From Eledone cirrhosa (taxonomy: Eukaryota), in contig OZ024741.1 of assembly GCA_964016885.1 (NCBI GenBank), positions 240,374,001 to 240,438,000 on the forward strand: 64,000 nucleotides of DNA. The letters run 5' to 3'. Made by a program: the position numbers and the translations under genes. Numbering within the stretch: the stretch's first letter is position 1; every line of letters begins with the position of its first letter. The notes beneath the pieces were generated by a model, which saw only the letters and a program-made list of their open reading frames with translations, made no database searches and was not told the DNA's origin. Below are positions 26,280 to 38,965 of the stretch, in pieces.

Positions 26280-26760
26280 ACATGCTCACAGATTCTAACA
26301 CCACACACACACATTCTTATACCACACACATGGACACACATTTCAACACAACACACACACTCCAACACCACACACGCACTCACACAAACACACACACAGA
26401 TTCTAACACCACACACACATATTCTTATACCACACACACATATTCTTATACCACACACACATATTCTTATACCACACACATGGACACACATTTCAACACA
26501 ACACACACACTCCAACACCACACACGCACTCACACAACACACACACACTGATTCTAACACCGCAGACACAGACACACATTTCAACACAACATACACACAC
26601 ATATTCCAATACCTCACACACACTCACACATTCAAACACCACACACACACACACTCACATTCAAACACCATGCAGACACACACACTCCAACATCATGCAC
26701 ACACACACACACCAACATCGTGCACATACACACTCCAACATCACACACATATTCACACTC
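26280..26760. repeat. Degenerate CA-rich tandem repeat with internal block duplication
   Basis: attcttataccacacaca units; the block tggacacacatttcaacacaacacacacactccaacaccacacacgcact occurs twice. Confidence 0.8.
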
Positions 26761-26920
26761 TCATTTACTTTCGATCACCCACTCACACATATATATTTAC
26801 AAATTGAAACATATATTTCCATATTTCATTTTACCTTTATTTCACAACCCCTCTGTCACTATAGAAATGGATGTATGTCCAGAAATACCATTTCCATCCT
26901 ATAGCAGTTACATAACAAGC

Positions 26921-26967
<47 letters not shown>

Positions 26968-27041
26968 GTTAATAGTTGTTTAAATTTATTGGTTTAAATT
27001 TGTCTTTATCCCAAAGCAAATCAGTATTTCTTCCATCTTAC

Positions 27042-29438
27042 CTGTGTATTTTGTGGCAGAGCCCTTATCATGGCTGTTGTTTGCCACTCTTTTTCTAATC
27101 CTTCCTCTGGACAAAACTGATTCTGTGATCTAATTGATGAAGTGTTTCTATTTATTATTTCTTCTTGGTTTCCTTTCAAGACAACTGGACTGTTTGTCTG
27201 ATAGATCAACTGTCCAATTTCATTTCTTGATTGATATGTTTGTTTATCTTCAGTCCTTCTACCTGAGCTATTTCTCACATTGTTACACCTTACAATACAC
27301 AGTGTTATAGCAATGACAATCACAACAGATACTATTACTGTCACAGCAACAATTATAACCAAAAATGTGACATCTATTGTGTTATCTGACTGTGATTGCA
27401 CAGCAGTTGACATTGGTGATGTCTTGTTACTAACAGTCAGTGTCAAAGAGACACTAGTTGTTGCTGATTGAACTGGAGTACCACTGTCTTTCACAACAAA
27501 CTCCAGTTGATATGATCCAGCATCATTTTGGTAAACTGAGCGTGAGAATGTTAACACACCAGTGTATGGATTGACTGTAAACAACTGTTTGTTATTTCCA
27601 CTAAGTATTTCGTATTTGAGGAATGCATTTTTTTTGCTATCTCTATCTGAGGCTCTCAAAACTGTGATGTCATTTTTACTCTGTGGGTGATAATGGACAT
27701 CAAGTCTGAAGGGATTGACGCTAGGAAAAGTAAAATAGGGAGCATTATCATTTTCATCTAAAACTTTGACAAGAACATTAGCTGTGTTGTTCAGAGATGG
27801 TATTCCATTGTCTTTGACAAAAACAAGGAATTCATAACTGTTTTGTTGTTCTCTGTCCAATGTTTTAGAAGTTGAAATAAATCCATAGTCAGTTATGTGA
27901 AATGGTAAATTGTACTTATTTTTCCCAGGGATCAGTGAATATGTCAGTTGACCTCCAGCTCCCAGATCAGGGTCAGAAGCATTGATAAATCCAATTGGGA
28001 AATTTGGTTTTTCATTTTCATAAGTTAGAAAATTAAATGTCTTTTTGGTGAACTGTGGTTTTACATCATTGACATCTGACACAGCAATTAACATGTTTTT
28101 ATAGGACCTTAAAGGTGGTACCCCCTTATCTTCACATGAAATGGTAACTGCATGTTTATCTTTTACTTCTCTGTCTACACGTTTCTGAATTATAATTTTG
28201 TATTCATTTTCTTGCAATTTTACAAGTTTGAATGTTTCATGTTGAAGTTTACAAGTTACTTTGCCATTATCATCAAGATCATCATCAGTGACGATGACAT
28301 ATGCAATAAAACTACCAGTGTCAACGTCTTCAGAAACTGTTGTTTCATTCTCAGAAGATCGTAAAATAAAATCAACATCAATTAAAGGGGGATTGTTTTC
28401 CTGATTAATAATGTTTAGTTGCAAAATTGCAAGGGAACTTAGTGATGGACTTCCATTATCTGTGGCTTCCACAAAAATTTTGTATGATATTTTGTCATCA
28501 AAATGAAATTTCTCATGTAAGGTCACCTCCCCTGTAATTGAATTCAGCTGGAAGTGGTTTTTAGCAATGTCAAAAGTTTTTGGACTAAAATGGTAAGTAA
28601 TCTGTCCATTTTTACCAGCATCCTGATCTGTGGCAGATAAAGTAACTATGGGCTTGTTATTATTGTGAATTTTCCTGATTGAAATATTGTAGATACTTTG
28701 TGTGAATAATGGCGGATTATCATTAGCATCCATTATAGTAATCTGAACATTGAGTTTACTGTGCATTGGATGGAATCCTTCATCTGTAGCTATAATTTCT
28801 ACATTGTAAAGGTCTTTACTTTCTCTGTCTAATTTACCTTCCAAGACGAGATTTAGTTTAGCTGTCCCATCTAGTCTCTTTGAAACTGATAATGAAAATG
28901 GCACATCTATAGATTTTGCCAGTCGGTACATGATTTGGGAATTTTGAACACCAACATCTCTATCAATGGCATTTGGAATTGATTTGGTAGTTCCTTTCCC
29001 ATCTGTTTCTGAAAATGTGAGATCAATCATTTGTCTTGGAAACTGGGGTTTGTGGTCATTAATATCTTCTATTATTACTTTGATTTTAAGGATTTTCATG
29101 AAAGTTTTCATGCGATGGACAACAACTTTAATAATCCTAAAGCAATCAGAGTTGTAAGTACAAAGAGATTCAGCATCCAATCGTTGAGTTGTGAATAATT
29201 TCCCAGTTTGTGTGACATTAAACAACTGTGAAGTTGTCAGCCGTCCTAATATTTGAGTAAATGTTATCAATCTCTGGTTATCTCTGTGGCCACTCTCCTG
29301 TAAACGGGCATCTTTTCCAATGTCTCCTACAAATGTATTTGAGCTCTTCTCCTCTTTTACATGATAGATGATGTCAACAGAGAGGCAGAGCATCGGAAGT
29401 AAACTGAAGAAGAAGTGTGTGTATTGTTGGCAAGTCAT
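27042..29438 (-). CDS. Protocadherin, large exon encoding signal peptide, EC1-EC6, TM and proximal cytoplasmic tail (likely spliced to downstream exons)
   Basis: 805-aa ORF with cadherin motifs DINDH, LDRE, DANDNPP, VDRE, DVNDVKP, LDRE, DENDNAP; EC1 LDAESLC..C motif typical of protocadherins; hydrophobic TM (FLVIIVAVTVIVSVVIVIAITLCIV). Splice donor CAG|GTAAGA at 27042/27041; polypyrimidine acceptor tttctttctctatttcag upstream, exon start 29482. The unspliced ORF would stop at 27021. Confidence 0.93.
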
Positions 29439-30096
29439 TATCTCTAAGGAGATGGCAAGTTGAGTAAATACTTCCAGTTATTCTGAAATAGAGAAAGAAA
29501 GAAGTGTTGTGATAAATATCTTGTAGATACAGACAAATGTACACACATATGCACACACACACACACACACGTGTGCGCGTGTATATATATATATATATAT
29601 ATACACTTTCACATATGCTGGTACATGTATATACATACTTTCAGAGAGGCAGATACACGCACAGGTATGTGCACAAGGAATTGATTTTGCATATGCTATA
29701 TCTGTGTATTAAATTTTGGTTTATATTCTCGTATTAGTAGAGTCTCCATAGTTGTTTGCCTTGATTTCTGTGGAATTCTATATTGAATTGTAGCCTTATT
29801 GACTGATGCTTCAACTGTTGAAGAATTTTAAATCTCCAGTTTTATTATTTTTATTAAGGATTCTTCATATTTCCTTATTAGTTCTTTATGCTTAGTTTGG
29901 AAAAGTAGTGTGCCTAAATCCATATGTATTAACATGTTTCAAAGCCTTCATGGCTTCATCTTCAGAATCAGAATGGTTATTCCATTGGTGTATTAGTCAT
30001 GTGTTTAGCAGTGATTGTAAAGTATCATGAGAGTAGTAGAAAATCATGGACACCTGATTAAAGATTTCTCAATAATTAAAGCATGGTAGTTATTAT

Positions 30097-30309
30097 TTAA
30101 CCCTTTAACATTTAAACTGGATGTATCCAGCCAGAATTCACTCACCTCTTTCTTTTCAAACCAACCAGAATCAGCTGTTCATACTTATGTTAAGGAATTG
30201 TTCTCAAAATAAATATCAAAATCTTATGGATTCGTTATTATGAGATAATTATTAGGTAAAGCCTTTACCGTGAAAATACAATAGAGTAATGTTTATGCGA
30301 AAGGGTTAA
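30097..30309. mobile_element. piggyBac-like MITE (TTAA TSD), opposite orientation
   Basis: ttaa|ccctttaacatttaaa...gcgaaaggg|ttaa; reverse-complement homology to 762-985 (taaagcctttaccgtgaaaata). Confidence 0.75.
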
Positions 30310-31448
30310 ATGGTTACTCATATGTTGTATGTATGATTTAATTTTTGGTTTATATGCTGATATTTGTTTGCCTTGTTTTGTGAGGAATTTTATATAGAAT
30401 TAAAGTGTTATCAACTAATGTGATCCTATTTTGTATGGAAATGTGTTACAATGGCATGGTTCACTGATTGGAAAGTGTAGTGTTTGCGTGACCAATGTAA
30501 CAATTTTGGTTAAGAAGTTCATAACTTTTGTTTGCATGGAAATTTGGTCATTTGCAATAGGTTCTGCAGTTTACCAGTCAGTGGTTTTGTGTTAATGCAG
30601 TTTTTTTTCTTTTATTTTGGTATTTTTGTATACAACTATAGACACACACGCACACACACACACACACACACAGATGTATAAAATCATCACCACTTTACAC
30701 CTTTTTCAAATGCTAACATGGATGTATATATATATATGTGTGTATATATATATCATCATCATCACTGTTTAACGTCCATTTTCTATGCTAGCATGGATTA
30801 AAGGAGTTGTTCCATTGTGACACAGGCGAGGTCTGATGACCATGACTTGCTCATACAGGAGTGGTTTTGGCTTGGTTTCTGTGGCTGGATGCCCTTCCTA
30901 ATGCCAACTACATTTACAATGTGTGCTGGGTACTTTTTGTCATGATACCTACATGACCATATATTTATATTAAAATTGATATACATATAAATTCACATAC
31001 ATGCATATACAAACACACACACATTCATGTATGTGTACATATATGCCTACACACACACTGATACATATGTATGCACACATACACACATACACACATAAAT
31101 AAATGTATGCATTCATATGCACACATATTCATACACACACAAACTACCTCCAATCAAAGAACGATGGAACCATGCAAAATCTCTGAAATAGTTGTAGAAA
31201 TTAGTGTTTTTTGTAATTAATTACTTTTTGTCATTTGGTCTTATTTGTGGAATTTGATAAAACAAAAAAAAACTCTTCAATTTCTATTTTTATTCCTTAA
31301 TTTCTAATTTAGATCCTTCACTGCCATTTGATTTTGTAATTAAACATTTTTGTACAATTTTTTTTTGAAGAAGGGATTATTATTATTTTTATTATTATTA
31401 TTATCATCCCTTGTGGCCAATAAAGAAATCATTATTATCATTATTATT

Positions 31449-31635
31449 TGGATTGGCAGTATCGGTAGAGGGTCGGACGCCATGCTTTCCAGCATAGAGT
31501 TACGGCCCTTGCCATTCTGAGTTCAAATCCCGCCGAGGTTAACTTTGCCTTTCATCCTTACGGGGTCGATAAAATAAAGTACCAGTAATGCACTGGGTAA
31601 TTGCTGGCCTTGTGCCAAAAGTAGAAACAATTATT
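31449..31635 (+). mobile_element. Family B SINE
   Basis: tggattggcagtatcggtagag...gagttcaaatcccgccgaggttaactttgcctttcatccttacggggtcgat...gtagaaacaattattatta; near-identical to the 17826 and 20505 copies. Confidence 0.82.
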
Positions 31636-31639
31636 ATTA

Positions 31640-32112
31640 GTTTCCTCTCGTCCCTCTTGTACGTATTGAGCTATTACTGCACAAACTGGAGATGTTGACG
31701 TGGGTCCCGCGCGAACTAGGATGCGGAAGATCCGTGTCAGCATATGCGGACGATGTCACCGTAGTCGTGTCAAACGCCAAACACATTGAGGCGATCGACA
31801 CTACACTAAGAGAATACGAAGCGGTGACAGGAGTAATGATCAACCAGGAAAAGTCAGTGGGCCTGCAGCTCGGCACCTGGAGAGGCAGGTCCATGCTGTC
31901 CAACGGCGGCGGCGGGCGTTGGACAGCCAGACCAGTTAAATTTCTAGGGGTCTGGTTTGGTCCGGACCTTCAGACGGACAAAAACTGGGACGAGGTGACG
32001 AGCAGGGTGGCTTCTCTCACCCAGAGATGGGCGGAGATGAAGCTATCCCTGAAAGGTCGAACGGAGGTGGCTAACGCGTACATCGCGTCCATCATCTACT
32101 ACTGCCTGACCT
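31640..32112 (+). mobile_element. Internal RT fragment of a Tx1/L1 element related to 53200-57689
   Basis: AYADDVTV...KSVGLQLGTWRG...LGVWFGPDL...KLSLKGRTEVANAYIASIIYY closely matches the ORF2 peptides at 53723-54634. Confidence 0.88.
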
Positions 32113-32115
32113 CAC

Positions 32116-32183
<68 letters not shown>

Positions 32184-32247
32184 TATATTAGAAAATGATT
32201 TTTTTTTCAAAAATGAAAAAAAACGAGATGTCCTACATGAGTGAAAG

Positions 32248-32516
32248 TATAAGGAAAAAAGATGAAATCAAAAATGCAGCTGGCGTCTTTTTAAGAATAT
32301 TTATTTGGTTCCTTTACCGGTTTCACAGTTCTTATGCTTTTCAAAAGTAGGGATGGAGGATTTGTGGTTTTTCTTGCAGATGTGAGAAAAACCCCAAACC
32401 CTCCATCTCAATTCTACTTCTGAAAAGCATAAGAACTGCGAACCCGGTAAAGGAACCAAATAAATATTCTTAAAAAGACTCCAGTCGCATTTTCGATTTC
32501 ATCCTTTTTCCTTATA
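32248..32516. repeat. Fold-back element (arms about 130 bp) between (TA)n tracts
   Basis: tataaggaaaaaagatgaaatc... / ...gatttcatcctttttccttata; each arm carries a hammerhead-like motif. Confidence 0.92.
32312..32347 (-). ncRNA. Minimal hammerhead variant with U3-A8 core
   Basis: Minus strand ctt TTGAAAA gca taagaac tgt GAA ACCGGT A aag; related copies at 32417-32452 (+) and 33312-33347 (-). Confidence 0.6.
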
Positions 32517-32545
32517 TATATATATATATATATGGAGGCACATAT

Positions 32546-32881
32546 GGAGGCACATGGCTTAGTGGTTAGAGCATTGGCCTTGCAATCGAAAGGTTGTGAG
32601 TTCAATTCTCAGACCGGGTGATGTGTTGTTTCCTTGAGCAAGACACTTTATTTCACATTGCTCCAGTTTACTCAGCTGTAGAAATGAGATGATAGGGACT
32701 GGGGTCCCTATCATTCCACTGCAAAGTGGTCGTAGAGGTGCCATGGCAAAAAAAGCACCCAGCGCTCACTGTAAATGAGGTTGGTGTTAGGAAGGGCATC
32801 CAGCTGTAGAAATCAAGCCAGAATCAGTTCCCGTCCCACCCTTGCAAGCAGGGGAAAAGCGGATGTAAAATAAAATGATGA

Positions 32882-32885
<4 letters not shown>
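32546..32885 (+). mobile_element. tRNA-derived SINE (family A), second copy
   Basis: Near-identical to 1379-1727; short duplication of the 5' end (atggaggcacat) immediately upstream; in a (TA)n tract. Confidence 0.85.
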
Positions 32886-32924
<39 letters not shown>

Positions 32925-33162
32925 GGGTGCGACAAACAATGTCTCTTTTTATTTATTCACCTTTATTGAACAAACAAATTTTTTTAAACTACTGTAATTT
33001 AAAGATAAAAGTTAATAAATGAAAAAGGCATTACTTTTGTCACATCCTTTATATATATGTATATACATATATATATATGCACACACACACATACACACAT
33101 ATATATACATATATATAAAGGGTGCGACAAAAGTAATGCCCTTTATTTCATTTATTAACTTT

Positions 33163-33203
<41 letters not shown>

Positions 33204-33730
33204 TAAAAGGAAAAGAAAATGCTGACAAATTGTTCCCAGTGAAAAATAGTTTAATTAGGAATAAGTAAAAATTAGTAATAGTATTGGTTAGTATTCAGTT
33301 TTGGTTTTAAGTTTTACCGGTTGCGCATTTCTAATGCTTTTCAAAAATAATTTTGAGATAGAGCGCCCGTGATGTTTGCTCTAATATATATCTATATATA
33401 TTTACCCCAAAATGGCTGACTGAACATACATGTGCTTTTTCTACTCCAATTTGTTTTTCATTTCTTCCTCTTTTCACTCTTCTCTATCTATTTCTTTTAT
33501 TACTCACTCTATCTTCTGATAAAAGACAAACATCCCAAATGTTAAGACTTTTTCCTACAATATCAAGTGTTAATATATCTTCACTGTATTGTATTGTTTG
33601 CTTTGTCATTTTCTGTTTGTTTTTCACATATATATAATAGTCTGCCATAAACTGTAACCAAGAACATTAGACATTTTATCAATCCTTATGTATAGAATAA
33701 TGTCATAAGCTGTTACTCACAATATAGGAC

Positions 33731-33782
<52 letters not shown>

Positions 33783-34309
33783 GAGAGCGAGAGAAAATGG
33801 TGTTTCATAACTGGAGAAATAATTGCCTGTCAGTCTATGAAGCTTTTGTTTTACTGCTGAGTTATGAGGAAGGATAATCTTCCTGACCATTTGCTGGGCC
33901 TCACAGACTAGTATGAGGATTGGATGTTGGTATCCTAAAACCATATACCTAGCCTGGATATTTGCAATAGTGTGCCCTTTAATAAGTAGTACCCAAGGGT
34001 CAAGTCCAGGTGGCAGATTATGTCTGCCACCCAAGTAGTCCATGGCAAGATTTCAACTCAGAATACCAAAAGCCAGAACAAATACAGTAAAGTGTCTGGT
34101 CCAGTGCACCAATGATTCTGTCAGTTCACTATCCTAGATTGGTATTTAGTACTTCACTTATCAACCCAGGAATGATGAAAGCCAAAGTTGACCTTGCCAG
34201 GATTTGAACACATAACACAAGGAGCCAAAATAAATGCTACAGGTATTAAGTTCAATGCTCCAATACTTCTGTTGATTCACTGCTTGTAATTTACTATAAT
34301 GTAGTATCA

Positions 34310-34720
34310 TTTGGCAGAATCAGTAGAGCATCGGACAACATGCTTAGTGGCATAGTTATGGTCCTTTATGTTCTGAGCTGAAATCCCGCCAAGGTTATCT
34401 TTGCCTTTCATCCTTACGGGGTCGATCAAATAAAGTACCAGTAATGCATTGGGGTCAATTTAATTGATTTTCCCTTTTCCCAAAAAATTGTTAGCCTTGT
34501 GCCTAAATCAGAAACCATTATTCTAGTCCATGATTCATAAGAATGTCAGACAAAGTCACTTTCAGTATTTAGGTAAGAATATAGCCTTTGATATTAGGAT
34601 TTTAAGTGCTGCTGAAGTCAACTTTGCCTTTCATCCTTCCAGAATTGATAAACTAAAGTACCAATCATGTATGGTTGGTGGGGGTTGAATTTACCGACTG
34701 CCTTCCTTCTGCTATATTTC
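34310..34720 (+). mobile_element. Older family B SINE copies (further diverged copies near 8870-9050, 9280-9430, 15975-16170, 23560-23745, 38520-38680, 61585-61750)
   Basis: Shared ctttgcctttcatcc...gtcgataaaataagtacc core with more substitutions. Confidence 0.65.
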
Positions 34721-35378
34721 TGTCTTTGTGCTTCTGCTTGAAACAACTATTACAACCTTAGTTATAGACTTCTTCAGTGAAAAACTAAACTTTGCTGTTA
34801 TCGTTGGCTATTAACCTGCTAATTCCATTCATGCAAAGTTTTAAATCTTTCACTAAAACCATTCTCTTTACACTTTATTCTATTCATTAATATTTTCTGC
34901 AACAGTACTCACCTATAAACTCTCATAATATAAACAAGAAATCTTATAAGTCTCATAACTTGATAAATATATTTTCCTCTTCCATCCAGTATCTCTCTTG
35001 CTTAGTTACTACAAAAGAATAAGAGAAAAAGAAAAGGAAAAAATGAAAACAAAAATAAGAGATTTAAAATTAAAATGGAAACCTTACAAAGAAGCATTGA
35101 GGCTTGGAAAAAATGAATCCATATCTGAATAAAAACAACACTAATTCTAATATTCTTTTATTCTTCCTCTGGTTCCTACCAGTTAGCTGTGGCCCTACTG
35201 GAGCAATGTTAATATATCATCAATGCTGTTGTTTTCCAAGCAGGCATGGTTTAGATGGAACATTTTGAGACAGTGTTTTACAGCTAGATGCCCTTCCTGA
35301 CAATAATCCTTTCAGTTGCTTTCTACTACACACAGTGATATGGTGTACTTATTTTAAATCTGATACACATGACCTATA

Positions 35379-38366
35379 CAGGGTGGGCCATAAGTTGCGA
35401 ACCAAAGCATTAAAAACAATTTAGTATATATGCGCTTTACATTGCATTATATTAATACATTAAGATATTTAATAGAGTCCATGGAGGCCACGGGGTTGGC
35501 ACAAGAAATGAGGAAGGATTCAGACTTCTAGAATTCTGCGACGCCAATGACATGTCGATATGTAACACAAACTTCAAAAAACCCGACAACCACCTGATCA
35601 CCTATAGATCAGGGGAGTATTCTAGTCAGATAGATTTTATCCTTATCAGAGGACGTGACAGATGGATGGTCATAAACACAAAAGCCTTCCCTAGTGAGGA
35701 ATGTACCTCCCAACATAGCTTAGTTGTCAGTGACCTCACGGTCAGAACTAGACGAACCTGGAAACAGAGGCCAACCTGGAGAAGAAAGATCTGGAAGCTG
35801 AAAGACCCCTCAGCCAGTAACAGATTTAAAGATATTTTACTCAACGCCTACGACAGTAAAGAAGAACAGATAGAGACATTCAATGTAGAAGAGCACTGGG
35901 AGTTCCTAAAAAAAATAACTTACTAGAGGCGACGGATGAAGTCTGTGGCTGGAGTAAGACCACAAGCAGGAGGAGAGTGACTTGGTGGTGGAACAATAAG
36001 GTAGATGAGGCAGTTAAGGCCAAGAGACAGGCATGGAAAGAATGGAAGAACAGGGGGAGCAAGGTACATTACATAGAGACCAAGAGGGAAGCTAGGTGAC
36101 AAGTATACTTAGCTAGGAGGAAAGCAGAGGATAGAAAATTCAAGCATGTTTTGCAACGTGAGGACCAGAAACAGGAGGTATTCAAGATTGTGAGGCAGTG
36201 TGTCAGAGAGAATTGTGATGTCATTGGAGAGAAGTGTATCCAGAATAATAAAGGTGAGCTTACCCTCACATGTGCTGAGAAGAAAGATGCATGGAAGAGC
36301 CATTATGATAGATTACTAAATGAGGAGAATGCATGGGAAGAAGAGACCCTACCCCAAGTAGACCCTATAGAGAGGCCAGCAGTACAAGTCAGCAGCAGCG
36401 TAGTAAGTAAGGCAATCAAAGATATGAAGATGGGGAAGGCAACCGGTCCATCGAGTATAGCTGCCGAGATGCTGAAGGCATCTGGGTCTGTAGGTCACAC
36501 TATAACCACATGTATTGTTAACCAGGTAATACTAGAAGGTGTCATACCAAAAGATTGGTGCAGTAGCATCATTGTCAACTGCTACAAAGGTAAAGGTGAT
36601 GTACTAGATAGAGGAAACTATAGAGGTATAAAGCTGATGGACCAGGTCTTGAAAGTAACAGAAAGAGTTATAGCACAGTTGATTAGGGACCGGGTGAAAA
36701 TAGATGAGATGCAATTTGGGTTTGTACCAATAAGAGGCACCACTGATGCCCTCTTCTTTGTGAGGCAGTTACAGGAAAAGTACCTAGCTAAAAGTAAGCC
36801 ACTCTATCTGGCATTCGTCGATCTCAAGAAAGCCTTTGACAGAGTTCCACGTGCTGTAATCTGGTGGGCTCTTAGAAAACTAGGAGTAGATGAATGGCTT
36901 GTGAAAGCTGTACAAGACATGTATAGGGGAGCAGTCAGCAAAGTTAGGATCAATGAGTATAGCGAGGAATTTAGCGTACAATTAGCCCTCTCCTGTTCAT
37001 CATAGTCCTGCAGGCAATAACGGAGGAGTTTAAGACCGGATGCCCATGGGAACTCCTGTATGCTGATGACCTCGCACTTATAGCTGAATCTATGGTAGAA
37101 CTAGAGAAGAAATTCCAAACTTGGAAGCAGGGACTAGAAAGAAAGGGTCTCAAAGTCAACCTGACAAAGACTAAGGTCCTTGTAAGTAGATGAGAAAACA
37201 GAACCCAGATCTCCTCAGGGAAATGGCCTTGTTCAGTATGTAGGAAAGGTGTAGGTAGGAACTCCATTCTCTGCCCCAAATGCAAACAATGGGTACACAA
37301 GAGATGTAGCGGGATCTCAGGAAGCTTAATTAAGAATGTAGGATTCACATGTAGCAGCTGTGCTGGGACAGCAAGCAGCAAACAGCCACAGGAAACAAGT
37401 ACCACCAATCTCTAGGAGGGCTCTGTAGAAACAGTAGACAGCTTCTGCTACCTAGGTGACTGAATTAGCAGCAGAGGTGGGTGTTCAGAAAGTACAATAA
37501 CTAGGGTAAGAATGGGATGGAAGAAGTTCAGGGAACTACTGCCACTGCTAGCTGCAAAAGGCTTCTTCCTCAAAATAAAAGGCACACTGTATGATACGTG
37601 TATCTGAACAGCAATGTTACATGGTAGTGAGACCTGGGCGCTGTCTGTGGAAGACTTACATAGATTAGAAAGAAATGAAGCCTGCATGCTCCGATGGATG
37701 TGTAATAGTAATATACGTGAACGACAAAGCATAAATGAATTGAGAGAGAGACTGAGCATAAGAGGAATCAAATGCTGTGTGCAGGAGAGGTGGTTGCGTT
37801 GGTATGGACATGTGATGTGTATGAAAGATGACAACTGCATAAAAAGGTGCAGAGCACTAGAAGTCAATGGAAACCGCGGAGTGGGGAAACCCAAAAAGAC
37901 CTGGGATGAGGTGATAAAAGCCGACCTTACCCAATTACCCCTCTCAAAGGCGATGACACACGACCGTGACCTCTGGCGTCACGCAGTAATACAGAGTACC
38001 CGACCTCCCATGGGTACAAGCTGAAGCATATAGACAATATGTCCCCACACCCTCCCACTGCAAAGTGGTTGTGGAGGTGCCATTGCAAAAAAGCACCCAG
38101 CCCATGCTGTAAAGTGGATGTGTAGGCGCCACGAAAAACCACCCAGCACTCACTGTAAATGAGGTTGGTGTTAGGAAGGGCATCCAGCTGTAGAAATCAA
38201 GCCAAAATCAGTTCCTGTATGAGCAAGGCATGGTCAGCCGACCAGACACTGCCCACAACAGGGCAACCCGTCTAACCCATGCTAGCATGGAAGAACGGAC
38301 GTAAAACGGTGATGATGATGATGATGATGATTTAATGTTTTGGTGCACGACTTAAGGCCCACCCTG
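35379..38366. mobile_element. Tc1/mariner-type MITE interrupted by the RTE LINE
   Basis: TA|cagggtgggccataagttgcgaaccaaagcattaaa at left and tttaatgttttggtgcacgacttaaggcccaccctg|TA at right form imperfect TIRs of about 35 bp with TA TSD. Confidence 0.8.
35474..38330 (+). mobile_element. RTE-clade LINE, 5'-truncated and decayed
   Basis: Endonuclease C-terminus (SQIDFIL, SQHSLVV); RT (KGKGD, NYRGIKL, QFGF, AFVDLKKAFDRVPR, LLYADDL); C-terminal HGSETW and RLRWYGHV; (GAT)n tail at about 38310-38330; possible TSD atttaat at 35467-35473 and 38330-38336. Confidence 0.92.
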
Positions 38367-38737
38367 TATAATAAACAGTGCTCATTAGCAAGAAGAAACT
38401 TGTGTAGATTAACTGGCTGTGATAAAAGAATGATGTGGGCAATGAAAGTAAATGATGGGGATGGTCTTGAATATCTTTTAGTCAAGGTATATATGAATCA
38501 GGTGGTGAATAGGCAGAGTTGTTAAAATGTCACATAGAATGCTTTGCCGTATTCATTTCACCTCTCTGTGCTCTGAGTTCAAAACTTGCCAACATCAACT
38601 TTGTTTTTCATCCTTTCGAGGTCGATAAAAAATATATCAAGTTAGTATTGGGGTAAATCTTTCTTCTGTACCCTCTCCTCTCTCCTTCACTAAATGAAAT
38701 TGGTTGAGAGCTGGATTGGGGATGGGCTCTGCCAGGT

Positions 38738-38965
38738 TTAACCCTTTAGCATTCACATTACTCTATATATACTATTATATTTTCATGGTAAAGGCTTTAC
38801 CTCACATAATTATCTTACATAATATCTACTCTATGAGATTTTGAAGGTATTTATTTTGAGAACAATACCTTAACATCAGTTTGAGCGACCAGTTACAGCC
38901 AGTTTCAGCAGAAAGAGGTAGAGAATTCTGGCTGGTTTTGGTCGGTTTGAACATTAAAGGGTTAA
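38738..38965. mobile_element. piggyBac-like MITE (TTAA TSD)
   Basis: ttaa|ccctttagcattc...gaacattaaaggg|ttaa; homologous to 762-985. Confidence 0.8.

Noticed and set aside
33511-33550. Decayed minimal hammerhead (tctt ctgataa...atgt t aaga); similar at 42574-42610 (tttc ctggtga...tgtt gaaa)
   Set aside because: Stem I is plausible but several core bases are mutated; too degenerate to call.
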